Made by a program: the position numbers and the translations under genes | From: Octopus sinensis | Lineage: Eukaryota | DNA length: 64,000 bases | NCBI RefSeq assembly: GCF_006345805.1 | Contig: NC_043005.1 | Span: forward strand, 96,038,001-96,102,000 | Direction: 5' to 3' | The notes under the pieces: generated by a model | The model's database searches: none | What the model saw: the letters and a program-made list of their open reading frames with translations, nothing else | Told to the model about the DNA's origin: nothing | In this document: in pieces, positions 14,293-28,934 of the stretch | Layout: each line of letters starts with the position of its first letter | Position numbering within the stretch: the first letter of the stretch is position 1

Positions 14293-15201
14293 TACATAAA
14301 CATTGATTGATTGATGTCAGTTGATAAACATGTGTGAGTACTGTTAAATGCACTGTTGTACACCAGAATTATCCAGGATTGTCTTGCTTATCGCGTAAGT
14401 TTCTTGTGTTTGTGCTTGTGATGCTGCTATTATTGACCAGGTTGACGATGGCAGTTGTTTTTATTGGAATAAAATCTATAAAAAATTTATCGCTTCACCT
14501 GTCCAAAACAACCGTCTCCAATATAGGTGGCTGCCTTACAGACAGAAGATTCTTGGTAAGAATCCATAACATAATGTATATATACATATACATATATATA
14601 TAATCAAAATAAGCAACAAGGATATCCAAAGGTAGTATAGTACAATCGTTTCATGCTACTTCATTGAATTAAACAATGCAAGTATTACATCAGCCCTCTT
14701 CAGCCCCATATGGAATTTTTTTTTAATTAAATTGACAATGTTCATTTTTATACTTATTCCATTTGCCTGGTGCCTTTAACTTAAGTACCATATTCATCTG
14801 AATCTAAATTTTTACTGAACTTATATATATATATATACATGCGATCTTTATAATCTCAGAGATGTATTCTTCGCGTCACTCGCGAAATAGTGAAGAACAC
14901 CAACACACCTACACACTCGATGAACCTTTTCTTACATAGCAAGTACCTTGCTTTCGTTGTTTTACCCCCATCGCTTGCGTGTATCAGATACTTTCTGATC
15001 GTAGTCACAGACAGCCACTACATCGAGAACTTGTGCTGTGCTTGCTCAGCCTTCCTGTCTGTTATAATCACGTGCTCTAATTTCCTTTCTTCCGTTACTT
15101 CCAGCTTCCCCTGATCTTTCTTTTATCCCTCTTGTCTCTTTCATTCCTTCTCGTGCTTACGTTGATGCAATATATCTAAAAAGCTGCACGATTCTTCGTC
15201 T

Positions 15202-15243
<42 letters not shown>

Positions 15244-16760
15244 CCCTATCTAGCCATATATATCTATTGTAAATAATTGGTATTTCAAAAGGAAAATAAC
15301 GAACATATTTTCCTTTGGAATCGCATTATGTATCTGCTGCTTTCTTTTTCTCTCACTACAGTCTATCTATTTACGCTAAATAATCGGAAAACATTTAAAA
15401 ACAAAAGTAACGGACATAATTTTCTGCAAGAATCGAACCATACATCTCTCTCTCTCTTTCTATCTCTCTCTCTCTTTCTTTCTCTCTCTCTGTTTTCATC
15501 AACTGTAAATGATTTATGTACATTTGAAAACAAAAATAATGGACAAGTTCTCTTGAATCAAACCACGCATCTTTTCTTTTCTTCCACTCTCATACATATA
15601 CTCGTATATGGCATACCACGTGTATGTGTGTGCGAAATACAAACAAAATTAAGGGCGACAATTCTCCTGTCAAATATTTGATTTCTTACATAGTTTACAT
15701 AAGGTTAAATAAAAGAAAAGGAATGTTTGATTATCTCTACCCAGTACTTGAATGGTACCTTATTTTATCGACTCCAGGAGGAGAAAAGGCAAAGTTAACT
15801 GCAACCGAATTTGAACGCACAAAATAGAGAACCGATGCTCTAACAATTCCGCTAATCTACATATTTCAAATGTTAATAAATAAAAGAATAAGGCGTGGGA
15901 GTGACTGTGTGGTAACACATGGTTCCGGGTTCAGTCCCACTGCGTGGCACCTTGGGCAAGTGTCTTCTACTATAGCCTTCGGTTGACCAAAACCTTGTAG
16001 ACGGAAACTGAAAGAAGCCCGTCGTATATATATGTGTGTGTTTGTATTTGTGTGTCTGTTTGTCCCTCAACGTCGCTGGTGTGTTTACGTCCCCGTAACT
16101 TAGCGGTTCGGCAAAAGACACCGATAGAATAAGTGCTAGGCTTACAAAGAATAAGTCCTGGAGTCGAATTGCTCGACTAAAGGCGGTGCTCCAGCATGGC
16201 CACAGTCAAATGACTGAAACAAGTAGAAGAGAATATATATAGGGAGAGACAGATAGAGATGGAGAGGGAAATGGAAAGCTCAGACTAAAGCTACTGAAAA
16301 TTACATATTAATCAAAATTTTAGGTTTCTAAGGAAAAATCTATCACGAAATATGGCTTAAAATAACAGTATACCTACACAATTGTGCCTTCATCTCCCGT
16401 CGTTATTTACTCGTAAGTTTCAAAAAAATGGATATTTTTTAATGAAATTTCTACAAATCCCTTTCAGATTTGATATTAAAAAAAGGGTAAATGCGCACAT
16501 GCCTCCTGACACACTTCACATATATATACCAAATGAAACTTGATGTGTGTCAGTATGTATGCATGCAGCTTCTCACTAGTTTTATTCTTGTTCATTGGCG
16601 GTCTGTTTAAGGGGAAGAAAAACAAAATAAAATTAATTACTTAATCAAAAAGTTTTGAGCCATGCAACGAGTAACCAGCAGTGCTGAAGGACAAACACAC
16701 ACAATATATACACATACATATGTGTATGTATATGTTCATACATTCATACATACATTCAAT

Positions 16761-16802
<42 letters not shown>

Positions 16803-16894
16803 GATAAGGAAATAATTTTATTCTCAAATGCAGAATAATGCAAATAATATAGCATGAACAGGATAAACTATACATATTTTGCAGAAAAATCTGT

Positions 16895-16970
16895 CAGTAG
16901 GCTAGCCATGAGACTTGAACTCACATCCCTGTGATTACACATCAAGTGCTTTACCATTAAGTTAAACTGT
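16895..16970 (-). pseudogene. Degenerate tRNA-like sequence (TGT anticodon; SINE head or tRNA pseudogene)
   Basis: GTGAGTTCAAGTCTCAT T-arm and a D-arm-like segment; acceptor and anticodon stems are mismatched. Confidence 0.35.
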
Positions 16971-17892
16971 CCGAACAACAAATTCATCTGCTAATTTAGG
17001 ATATATATAAATCTAGCTTTATAAGATGCTATCGTACATTCAATTCAATATCCTATTGTGGGAATTGTATAGTAAACAATAGCAACATGTTATTCAGTTA
17101 TTCATTGCTTAATTAGAAGTGTATAATCACTAGGATGGCCTGTGCATAATTATATAAATTGCTTAGCAAACTTACTCAATGACTTCTCCAATTATACATC
17201 TTTTGACATGCACAATAAGATGACATTTGTGAAAAGTAAATAGGCATCTATACATATATTAGACATGTACATACATGTACATACACACACACACAGAAAA
17301 TGAACATCATCATACATTCATATAGTATAGGTATATGCACTTATGTATGGATGGATGGGTGGATGGATAGGTGGATGGATGGATGGATGGATAGGTGGGT
17401 AGATGGATGGCTAAGCAGCCACATTGTACTTACCGCGACTCAATTCTCTAACATCACAGTTTTGAAAATGAATTCCTTCCTTCATGTGCAACCAAGAAGG
17501 TTTCTGCAATGTACATTGGCCTACTAGAAATAGCAGCCAAATAACCAGCCATATTGTCTTAAAAAGTAAGAAAACACTGGGAAATGTAGTCTGGAATAAA
17601 ATGTTGTATTATCACAATTGGAATATCTCTTTTATCTTCAGTTTAATCACTCATCTCACAGCTAAATGATAACAACAGCACTTTAACATTCAAATTACTC
17701 TGTTGAACATAATGCTTTTCAATTAATCATGCCATTATGTTGTAGCTTTGTGATTTTGATGATGTGATTGTTTATTTTTAGAGTGACATTGTAGGATAAG
17801 TGTAAGAGGCCAGATTTGGTTGGTTCAAACATAAAACAAGTTGAACGTTTGTATAATTATGGTTGGCTTAAATGCTAAAGAGTTAAATGAAC

Positions 17893-18120
17893 TACAAGGG
17901 GTTGCTGAAAAGTTCCTGGCTTTGGGTAAAATAATAAACAGGAGGATCAGTTAATTAAGATTTTACTCAACATATTTCCCTCTCAGATTCCCACGCTTAT
18001 TGCTGCGGTCCTGCAGTCTTTCTAAGCCCTATAAAAGAACTTGGAAGTTGGAAGGTTGGGCCTTCAACCAAGCCTTTTGTGGTACCCTTAAAGCCAGGAA
18101 CTTTTCAGCACCCCCTTGTA
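17893..18120. mobile_element. Mariner-like MITE
   Basis: ~30-bp TIRs TACAAGGGGTTGCTGAAAAGTTCCTGGCTTT / AAAGCCAGGAACTTTTCAGCACCCCCTTGTA with terminal TA. Confidence 0.85.
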
Positions 18121-19399
18121 CAGTGTAATAGCTTTCCTTTTTAAATATTCTGTTGGTTTTGATTTAAATATCTGTGAAGATCAAAAAAATGATTTTAGAA
18201 AGAATTTCTACTGAAGCAAAGGCATAAAGCAATTCATCTGAAAACTTTTTAATTGACCAACTGCTTTCTTCAGATTTTCAATAGTTCAGCCTAGTTTCTA
18301 TCGATTACGAGACTTGTCGTGACAGCCATTAAGTATGTTTAGCTTCGATGTCTACTAGATATGCAGAACTGAACTAAAAATGCCATTCAACACAACCTAT
18401 AGATATATCCACAAAGGTAGTGGCGATGGTGGCAGGTTGATATTTAAATGGAAACAAATACAATCAAAGTAGTGTACGGAAATATATATGCATGTGTGCA
18501 TGTATGTCTTGTGTTTGTGTGTGTGTATGTACATGTGAGTATGTATATATATATATATATCATCATCATCATTTAATGTCCGTTTTCCATGCTAGCATGG
18601 GTTGGACATATACATATATGTGTGTATGTATGTATGTTTAAGAATTTATAAACTGTTGAGAGAATACAAACTAATTCTTTTCCTGGAATATCTCGAAGTG
18701 CATATACAAAGCTATAAATAACAGCATGTAAATACTGAGTTGAAAAACCTGTAGAATACCAAAAATCAGAGGCTGCTCCTGGGACCTGAACCAACATGTG
18801 GGTCCAAAGGCTTCCACTGTATTATGGGCAGCCTCTGACTTTTTCTACACAAAAGGGGTTTTCAAGCCAATATTTACATGCTATTATTTATAGCTTTATA
18901 AATGTTTTCACACACAACATGTATACATGCATAACAAACAAGGAACTGGAAATTTTTTTGGTATAATTTATTCCCCATTTGCTGCTTAATAGAATTTACG
19001 AAGTTTTACATGTTAGACAGATATGTAAGGAATTTCCTGTTAAAAATTTTTCAGACAGAGAAATAGAATAATGCATTATTTTATTTCTCCATCTCAAGAA
19101 ATTCTTATAGGAAAGATCCTTACATGTTTATTTAACATGTAAATCTTTGGATTTCCTATCAGCAAATGAAACATGTGTAATGGTGAATAAATAATACAAA
19201 AAATTTTTTTCTGGTTCCCTGTTTTGCTATGCAATAAACTCTGCAAATAATATTTCTTCCACAACACTCAATTTTAACACGTGTCTTGACTAGCATACAG
19301 TACATACTGGATTGTAATAATCGAATAAATAGATGTGTTTTATGAGGAAACAGCTGCCTATATAATTGAATTAATTATAGAGATACACACAAGTGAAGG

Positions 19400-19655
19400 C
19401 ACATGGCTTAGTGGTTAGGGTGTCAGCATCATGATCATAAGATTGTGGTTTCGATTCCCAGACCGGGCGACACGTTGTGTTCTTGAGTAAAACACTTCAT
19501 TTCACGTTGCTCCAGTCCGCTCAGCTGGCAAAAATGAGTAATGCTGCGATGGACTAGCGTCCCATCCAACTGGGGAACACATACGCCATAGAAACCGGGA
19601 AACAGGCTCATGAGCCTGGCTAGGCTTTAAAAGGGCGCATTTATTTATTTTATAG
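19400..19655 (+). mobile_element. tRNA-derived SINE, family C
   Basis: A/B-box-like head GGCTTAGTGGTTAG...GTTTCGATTCCC and central GCGATGGACTAGCGTCCCATCC; related minus-strand copy at ~59290-59630. Confidence 0.65.
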
Positions 19656-22600
19656 AGAGATACACACACACACATATACATACATATTAGGCATGCTAGG
19701 TAAGTGCTGTAATGGATTACTAGGGCTCCAAGGTTATAGCTGAGATGGTAGTTATGGAGCCATTGCAGATTTCCGACGCACCGGATATATAATCGTTAAA
19801 AAGGACAACAAACGTTAAGGCAAGGCAAACATCTCAAGTTGTATACATTATTATTATTGGAAAGAAATTAAAAGTCTTACAGCTGTTTCTGGGATATCCC
19901 CGAGTATGAGATATTTCATCATCAGAGACAAACAGGGAAAATGAGAAGGGTATAGATTAATGAGATGCCAACATGAGGAAGGGAGTAAAAGAATAAGGAG
20001 ATGGAGAGAAAGAAGCATAAAAATTTCAACTTTCCGAAGTTGAAGAAACAAGAGCATAAATTCTTAGGTGGGATCTCACAGTCAAGCGAATGTGTCTAAT
20101 GACAGTCTCAAACTACCAAGGCAGCCTGAATTCAATCTATCAAGTGTGGCAGTGGATTATCTCATGATTAGCCTTAGAAATGTCTGTTGGTTCCCCCCTA
20201 CACCCATGCATTAACATTTGTACCAGCTATAGATTTAGTCTGTAACCCTTATTAAGTTGTTTTGCAGGAACTTCTCTAAACAATTTGTTTCCAACTCCTC
20301 TTCCTCATCAGAAATTTCCATTAGAATATTTCTGTTAGTATGCTGGATCTTTGAGCTTCCATGTCACCCTTGTCCAGACTGGTTTATTTCTCCAAGTCCT
20401 TCTAGTTAACTAATGTATATATATGTGTGAATGTTATTAATATCACCTGAGTGATGAATTCGGCATCTGTTTCCAATCTCTACTAAGTAGAAAGTAACCA
20501 GAATCTTTTTTTTTTCATGTGTGAGAAACAGTGGAATGAAAAAAATACCTCACTTGGAAAACAAGTTAAGATGGTGACGGATTACAGGTAGGTTCACTGT
20601 CATCAGTTCATTGCAGGGAAAGTTTACCAAGAAAATATAAGTCAAAAACCATTTTATTGAAATAAAAAATAGTGAATTCATGACAGGAAGCACCAAACCA
20701 TAGAAGATTTGCCTTCAGAAGTTTCATCTAACCCATGCCAACTTGGAAAAACAGATGTAAAAAATCAATTCAATGAAAATTCTATATACATGAAAGATAT
20801 GTTTTCAAACAAAGTGCAGGCATGCCTGCGTCATTGAGAAACCTGATTCTAATCATATGGTTACAGGTTTAATCCCACTTAGTGGCACCTTAGGCAAATG
20901 TCTTCTACTATAGCCCCAAACCAATGAAAGTCTTGTGAGTGGATTTGGCAGATGGAAACTCCAAGAAACCCCATCATGTACATGTAAGATTGCGGATGTT
21001 TCCTTGTCATCACACTGTGTAATAGTTGTAAATGAGTGTCACACATTTCCAATGTTCTTCAAAAAACATGTCTAACCGTGGGAAAATGTTACCTCACTTG
21101 GAAGCAGGTGAAGGTTGGCAACAGGAAGGGCACCCAGCATAAAACCCCATCAAACCCATGCAAACATGGAAAAGAGGACATTAAAGTCATGATGATGATG
21201 AAAATAGATGGAAAAAAAAGGATTTAATAACAAATTTACTGTAAAAACAACAAAACAGTTAATTTTATTTGCTTATTTTTTTAAAATTAATTAGTATCAC
21301 TTTATTATCTTTTTTGTTTGGTTTTTGTTTCTTTACAATAAATAGCTTTTACAATAAATAATTCGACTTCAAATACAGTAACAATATCGTTAAATATTCA
21401 TCACAACCTTTGATTGGGTAAATAATGGGCAGGTACTCTGACAATACAAGCACAAATTCTCACAACAAATTTTCATTGCTGCTAGCAACGAGAAACGTTA
21501 TTTTAAAAAAATTATGCTTCAGCCAAATCAATTGTGTTTCTAAATAGTTTATGACGAACACTCTTTTTCAAATAATTACTTATTAATTGATTAAAAAAAA
21601 ACAAACGTTATCATAATTAGGAAGGAAAATAGAAATATTTTCTACAATAATCACAAGGCCACAAATTTGGAAAAAGCAGTCTCAGGATTTGACTGGTATT
21701 TTTTTTATTTTATTTTATTTTTTTTTTGTATCAGACCTGGAAGAATAAAAGGCAAAGTTGGCCTTAACAAGATTTGAAATCAAAATGTAAAGGGACATAA
21801 CTAAACACTAAAATGCCTTTTGTCCCACATTCTAGCCATTCTTTCAATCTACCATTCTTGGAAGCAAGAAAATATTTATTCCTGTTGTACTGAAATTTGA
21901 TTCTGTCTTTTAGGGTAACTAATACCGTTTAAGGATTTGATTTGATATTTTTGTAGTTTTAGACAAGAGATTTAGTCTTTAAATCCCTTTTTTTGTTCAA
22001 GGGAATATTTCAAAACAGAGGAATATTGTTTTCTACTCTAGGCACAAGGCCCAAAATTTTCGGGGAGAGGGCCAGTCGATTAGATTGACCCCAGTATGTA
22101 ACTGGTACTTAATTTATCGACCCCAAAAGGATGAAAGGCAAAGGTGACTTCAGCAGAATTTGAACTCAGAACATAAAGACAGACAAAATACTGCTAAGCA
22201 TTTCACCCAGCGTGCTAACATTTCTGCCAGCTCTCTGCCTTAAGACAGAGGAATATTAACAAATGTGTGTGTGTATGTGTGCATGTGTGGTGGTTATTAA
22301 ATTATGGAAGGCGGCGAGCTGGCAGAAACGTTAGTGCGCCGGGCGAAATGCTTTGCGGTATTTCTTCTGCCGCTACATTCTGAGTTCAGATTCCGCTGAG
22401 GTCGACTTTGCCTTTCAGCCTTTCGGGGTTGATTAAATAAGTACCAGTTATGCACTGGGGTCGATATAATCGACTTAATCTATTTGTCTGTCCTTGTTTG
22501 ACCTCTCTGTGTTTAGCCCTTTGTGGGTAGTAAAGAAATAGATTATTAAATTATGGAATTATTCTTCCCTTTTGCATTTATTCCTCCTCCTCCTCTTCTT

Positions 22601-25600
22601 CTCTGGGTGAATTGGTTTCATCTGGATTAATAAGAATTCATTCAAGCTCTTCTTGAGAGAATTCAGCTCTTTTGTAGAATGCAGTTCTTTTGTAGAAAGA
22701 AGACTACTGAGGAGTGAAGCACTTTTACAAGAGACCAATTACATAAGTAGTATAATTATTGGTTTCAAATTTTGGGACAAGGCCAGCAATTTTGGGTGCA
22801 GATAGATCGCTTACATCAACCCCAGTGCTCAGTTGGTACTTATTTTATTGACTACAAAAGGATGAAAAACAAAGTCAATCTCGACAGAATTTCAAATCAT
22901 AACGTAAAAACAGATGAAATGTTGCTAGGCATTTTGTCCAGCTTGCTGCCTTACTTAAGTAATAATTAAAAACTGAAGGAAATTGAAAAAAGATATATTA
23001 ACACATTTCCTCTAATTTTGCAGACATTTACCAAAAGTTTTTTTTTCTATTTACTTTTACTTTAAAAGTTAAAAACAACTAGCATTAAGAATTCAATAAA
23101 CAGTAAGATTACCATAAAAGCCAAATTGTTTTATATGAAATTATGGAATCCCTTCCCTACTTTTTCTTGTATTTTCATCCAGCAAAATCCATATTTACAC
23201 AATTTGTAGCAAATTCATAATCCATTATAAATAATGGAATAAAGGTAACTTTAATTCTGAGTTAAGAGGCTGAGCAATGCAATATCAAATTGAGACATTT
23301 ATTAAAAGGACATTATCGATATATTCACCAATCCTAAAACTCACTACTGAATAAAAGAATATATATGAATTCCCAACAGCAAGTTAAAGCAGCTTACCAA
23401 GACTTTAACAAGTCTTAAGTAAGTACAATTGACATAAAAATAATCAGACAAAATAGTTAAATATCATGAAAATAGCACTTGAATAAATTCACATTCTGTT
23501 TGAAAAAATAGTTCAATTTTAGTCTTTTCTGAAAGGTCCATTTTGCTCTTCTTTTCTACATAAACTATTAATGAGTAATTAACTATACACACACAATACC
23601 AGTCATTACATTCTTGACAACAACCCTGTATTGAGCAGTTTAATGTAAATCACAATTCACACACACACACACACACACGCGCGCACACACAATTTCTTCG
23701 ATTTATTTCAGCAATAACAACATAAATTGCCAGGAAAACAACAGAAATATTCCTGCAAATAAACATTCCATCACAACACCAAGAATATTTGATTTTAATA
23801 TTTTCATATCACATTTTGCTTCAAAACAATCTAAAGCTGCAGATTATTCAAAAATAGTTTCAATAAATTACATCACGGTAGCACTGTACAGCTGACAGTC
23901 CTAAATATCATAAAAACAATGTTTCTCGTGGCAGTTTTGAGATAAGCATATATCTTCGATTCTTAACCTCATCTAACAGCACCAAATTAAATAAAAGAAT
24001 AATGATAGGCACAACAGAACAAACTTAATTTACAAGATGAGTGTTGAGATTGAACCATGCAGAGAAGAACTAAGTTGTCTTCAATGACTTTAGCAGAGTA
24101 AGATTTTATTTTGTTGCTAGGCAGGTAATTTTGTAATCTTTTTTCAGCATGTCAGCTATGCAAAACAATCTTTAACAATGGAGGTAAGCATGAACATCTT
24201 AACATGTTTTATAAATGTTTATTTAGAGTTTTCTGTTATATAAATCTCAATGTGTCTGTACCACAGAAATCAGAATAAATTGAAGGCATTTTGGGCAGCA
24301 CAATCTATTGGACTTTATATTTAATCTGTCATCTTTCTTAACATTACTACAATCTCAAGCTATATCACAAGACAGCATCCAAGTCTATGTTTTTGACATC
24401 TTAGTTCAATTGTCTTTTATAACAGTAGTTCCTTAACCATCACTCTTATAATGTCAGAGTAGTATTATGGAACTTTGATATAAAAGGTTTTGATAAACAC
24501 AAGTTTATATATTATTTCTTCCCTACATATGGTTGTTTGGAACCTCTGCATTGAATGTTCAAAGTGCAATTGGATGCTTAACCACGACAGGTCCAATACA
24601 GATGTTCCAAAGAACCACAGCAGTGAAATGAATGTAAGGGAACAAATTAAATAAACTTGTGTTAATCACAATTTTCCCTATATTTACTCTGTATATCATA
24701 ACCAGTAATACTACTAAGTACAGTAGTAACCAAGCCACTAAAATAAGAGCAAACTTGATGATGATAATCTACATGGAGCTCTAAACTGAACAGTAGGAGT
24801 CATACATCTAACTGTATACACAGGATATGTATGCATGAGTGAGTGTGTATGTATGTATGTATGTATGTATGTATGATGCATGCATTATTACATAGACATA
24901 CATACATACAAAAAGAAAGAAAGAAAGAGACAGAGTGAGAGCAAGGTGTCATGTAAATTATTTATGTATCACCAGTTTTACCCTTCCTTCGTTAAGATCA
25001 TCACTGTCAGCTGATCTATTGTAATTTTTGTGCCAGCAAAAAGGATCATAGATTGCTTTTGTAATTTGGATTTTGTAAATTGCAATGCATAAATCCTTCA
25101 GTTTCGATTTTCATGTTAACCATATAGAACACTTAATGAGTTTATATGACCTTCACATTTAGTTTTTGTGACTTCTATGAGATTTTGCTATTACAGAGTT
25201 TCTGTTAATTTTCTCTTTGCCCCATGTTTGAAATTCTCCTTGATTATTTTAGTTACTATCATGAGAAACAAATCACTCTATTTTTTACTTAAAAGTTTTT
25301 TTCCCCAATTTACTTCCGAATGTTGTCAATGAAATTCACTTCAATAGCTTTAACATCACTTGAAAGCCAGCAGTTTAAATCTATAGTTTTCCAAATACAA
25401 CAAGCAATATTTGTGAAGAATACACACATTCCTATCAGCCTAAAGCCACTTTCCTTACCTTTTTACATATCTCCAGTCAGCAGTATTCGAATAACAAGGA
25501 AAAACAAATGTAAACCCCAAATATTTTAAACTATAATTTCAACAAGAATTTAAAACCTTTGCTAAATATCATTTTTCAGATTAAGAACAAAACACGCTTA

Positions 25601-25643
25601 TCATAAAATAATTGCATGAAATTTTAACATTGTTGCCAAGAAT

Positions 25644-25786
25644 TCAACCACACAGATCATCATAGTTCAAGTAAGATATCAAAAACTTTGGTAACATCAC
25701 TAGCTCGTTGATTTTCTTTATTCTTTGCCATCCAATATGTTTCCAAATGCATATCCTGCAAGATGCTTTTAGCTGCCGTGGAGTTT
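25644..25786 (-). CDS. ASB-family gene last coding exon: SOCS box (TPRQLKASCRICIWKHIG...LPKFLISYLNYDDLCG*)
   Basis: Acceptor CTCTTTGAACAG|AA completes the phase-1 codon. SOCS-box pattern P..L...CR..I and LP..L..YL; TGA ends at 25644. Total CDS 876 nt = 291 aa. Confidence 0.9.
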
Positions 25787-26099
25787 CTGTTCAAAGAGAA
25801 AATGAAACCATTATTCTAGATAAAAGGAAAGTCTGTCAAGAATAAAGGTGTGGAAAATATTCACTGACTTCAAGGTACAAAGGTTACATTTTATCAATCA
25901 TCACATTAATATGTTCTGTTTGGTCCATTCTGTTCAATCCGTATTAATATGCTTTTATGTATTTCAATATATTCCTATGTCCTTTTACTTGTTTCACTCA
26001 ATAGACTGCAGCAAAGATGAAGCTCTGCACTGACGGATTTAGTCAACCAAATTGTTGCCAATATGTATTTATTTAACTCTACTAGGACAGCTCCCCAGC

Positions 26100-26700
26100 T
26101 GAGCAGCTCCTATTAAACTGCTTAACCTGTACCAGCATGGAAAACAGACATTAAACAATGATGGTGATGATGATGATGATGACGACAACGACATCCTATT
26201 GGTCTCTCTTTTTTATTGGTATCTCGCTTATCTGTGCCCCCCACACAATAATCAAGGGGGTTGCAGACTGAGGGGTTTGGTGGCCAGATGTGAGGGGTGG
26301 TGTGGTCACAGAAATTGTCTGACCACCATGACTGGGTTCTCCTGCATGTGTGGCATGGTGCATAATCCTGTTGCCAGATGTAGGGCCTTCCAACAGCCAC
26401 CCTCTTGATCCAGGGTAACACTACCTCCTCCAGGCACTTGATGTAGGCCTCCGTGTTGAGTGTGAGGTTGTGTGCGGAGATGAATGGAGGCATAACGTCA
26501 CCATCACTAGTGATCACTCCAAACACCATGATGTTGACAGGATGTTTGATTTTTATCACTAAGTAAATGCACTGTCCTCAAATCAACACCCAAACACTCT
26601 GAAATGTTCGTATTGGTCTGAATGCCAAGCAGTACAGCATGTCTTTTCCAAATTACTGGCAGAGTGAATTGCATCATGGTGCTGTTTTTCTCACAGACAG
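26100..26700 (-). mobile_element. Tc1/mariner-type DDD/E transposase fragment in ASB intron 3
   Basis: ORF 26122-26559: IMVFGVITSDG, WQQDYAPCH, IWPPNPSVCNPLDY. Confidence 0.85.
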
Positions 26701-27540
26701 TGCTCAACTGACCCTACTATACTGTGTAGTCAACAAAGAGAAGAGAGAAGGAGAGTGAGGGAGCGGAGAGAAAGAGAGTAAGGGAGAAGAGGGAAAGAGA
26801 ATAGGGGTGAAAAGATAAAGGAGTGAAGAGAAGTAGGAGGAGGGGAGGAGGTTAGATGAAGAGGGGAGGAGAGTTGAGCCCAAATGACGTAAAAGAGCAA
26901 AGAGAGAAGATTAATCCCTGTTCACGGCGCAAACGGGAGTCCGGATGACCTCTGTGCAAGGACAATTCGAACACAGACAGGTGTTGCAAGGAGTAACCGG
27001 TGGAGCGGAAATGGCATGAGACTGGAGTGTCATTGCTGAGGCGGATGTCTCGGAGGTGTTCTGCGAACCGGTCAGCCAAGCAGCGTCCCGTTTGTCCGAT
27101 GTACAGGGAATGGCAGAGAGAGCAGGAGATGCAATAGATGATATTGCTGGAGGTGCAGGTGAAGGAGTCAATGATGCGATAGGGTCGATGATGGGTGCCG
27201 GTGAGGAGAGTGGTGTTGGAGAGGTAAGGGCAAGTGCGGCAGCGTGGGCGGGAGCAGGGGAACGAGCCAGGTTGGGAGGTAGGGTCAGGGAAGAAGCTGT
27301 GGACCAAGAGGTCTCGTAGGTTATGGGCTCGTTAGAAGGAGGGGAGGGGTCGGTTAGGGAAGAGGTGTGAAGTGGACGGGTCGGACTGGAGATGTTGGAA
27401 AGCTCAGAGAATGGTGCGTTGGAGAGATAGGGTGGTGGGGTGTTAGGTGAGGGGAAAATGCAGGCGGGAGACTGCAGGGCAGGTTCGGGGGGGGGGGGAG
27501 CAGATGCACGGTCCACGGAACGTGCTCTGGCAAGGGCAAT
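26700..27540 (-). mobile_element. Penelope-like element fragment encoding GIY-YIG endonuclease with Zn-finger cysteines
   Basis: ORF 26852-27307: CSRPRCRTC...FTCTSSNIIYCISC..C..LYIGQTGRCLADRFAEHLRDIR. CT-rich downstream region; abuts a TA run at 27540. Confidence 0.85.
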
Positions 27541-27895
27541 ATATATATATTCTAAATAATAACTATTCTAATTTTGTGATATATCTTCTATTTTGTAACA
27601 ATATAATTTATACAGTGATAATTTAATTTTATAATATACCATATATATAGTTGTATAGAAGTCAACTTTTTGAGACACATTTTGAAATCTATATTTAGGA
27701 GGTCAAATACACCCCAAACCTGTGGGTTTTGTCTAGACCCATGTTAGAATCCACAATCTTATTCCTGTAGGCCAAACACTGCAACCATTGGGCCACATAT
27801 TTGCACATCACAATATATAATTAACCAAAATGAATACATTTATAAAATGAAATATCCTTTAAAAAATTTGATGAAGGCTGCAAAATGTGACTCAC

Positions 27896-28211
27896 CTTTG
27901 AGGATGTTAAGAAGTTTGACACACTCGTTTTGATCATTGTCTAATTCCCAAGCAAACATTAGAGATTTATCCTTCTGAAAGATATTAATTCCAAACTGGT
28001 AAAAGAGATGGACATATATACTGGAGTATTTCTTCCGGACTGCTCGGTGACAGAAATATCCAGACAAGTTAGGGTCTGCTCCTGATTTCAATAATAACTT
28101 GACGCATTCCAAATGTTGATAAGCAAAAGCCAAACTTAGTGGCCTTTGATAATCAATCTTGATATCATTCTGATTCTTGAGATTAACATCAGCACCAAAT
28201 TCAAGCAACAA
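27896..28211 (-). CDS. ASB-family gene coding exon 3 (ankyrin repeats)
   Basis: Acceptor GCTTTCAG|TTG, donor G|GTGAG, 316 nt, phase 0/1. Encodes LLLEFGADVN and HLECVKLLLKSGADPN. Confidence 0.92.
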
Positions 28212-28237
28212 CTGAAAGCAGTAGAAAATATAAGTAA

Positions 28238-28626
28238 CTAGCAGTATCGCCCGGCGTTGCTCGGGTTTGTTTTGACCCTTTAGAATTGGAATTTTTGAAA
28301 AGTAAAAATTTTGTATTATGTAGCTTGTTATTCTCTTTAAGTGAACATTTTTCTTGTTGAAATGCACCGAAAAATGGTGACACAGCAGTCAAAAAATCGT
28401 AAAAAATAGGGATTTTCATAGAAAAAAAGCACCTTTTTGGTGTAAATAATTTTTGGTGACATGGTCCGATTTGAATTTTTTCTTCTACGGAAGGAAGAGC
28501 AAGCCTTCTTCTATCATACTCTCAATTTTGGTCAACTTGTGCCACAGGGTCTCAGAGGAGATAGTGTTAGTTGAAGGCTACCAAACCTGCCATACACAGA
28601 CAACTTCAGCTTTATATAGAGAGAGA
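28238..28626 (-). mobile_element. Non-autonomous Helitron-like element
   Basis: Minus strand: 5' TCTCTCTCTATATAAAG... to ...CCCGAGCAACGCCGGGCGATACTGCTAG 3' (subterminal hairpin + CTAG), inserted between A and T with no TSD. Confidence 0.8.
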
Positions 28627-28934
28627 TTAGTAAAAAGAGTTATGTTAATGTTTAAACACACATCAACCCTGACTGAGCAGACTTATAACATTTCAGGCTT
28701 GTCACAAATCAGTTTAAACTCATAGATGCATTCAGAGAAACAGTGTTCCTGATATGTAATACTGACCCTAAGTGGAGATCATATTGTTCACTTCAAAATA
28801 CAGTGGTTTATCAGAGATGCATGTTTGAACATAAACCTGGATGAATATTCGGGCCAGATATGTCCGGTTTAAGTGCTAAAGGGTTAAAATGCATCCAACT
28901 GTGAGTTTTCACAGTTCTATATTTAAAAGATGAG

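Noticed and set aside
26911-27516. Pro/Ser-rich 201-aa ORF and Gly/Ala-rich antisense ORF
   Set aside because: Alternative frames of the Penelope fragment.
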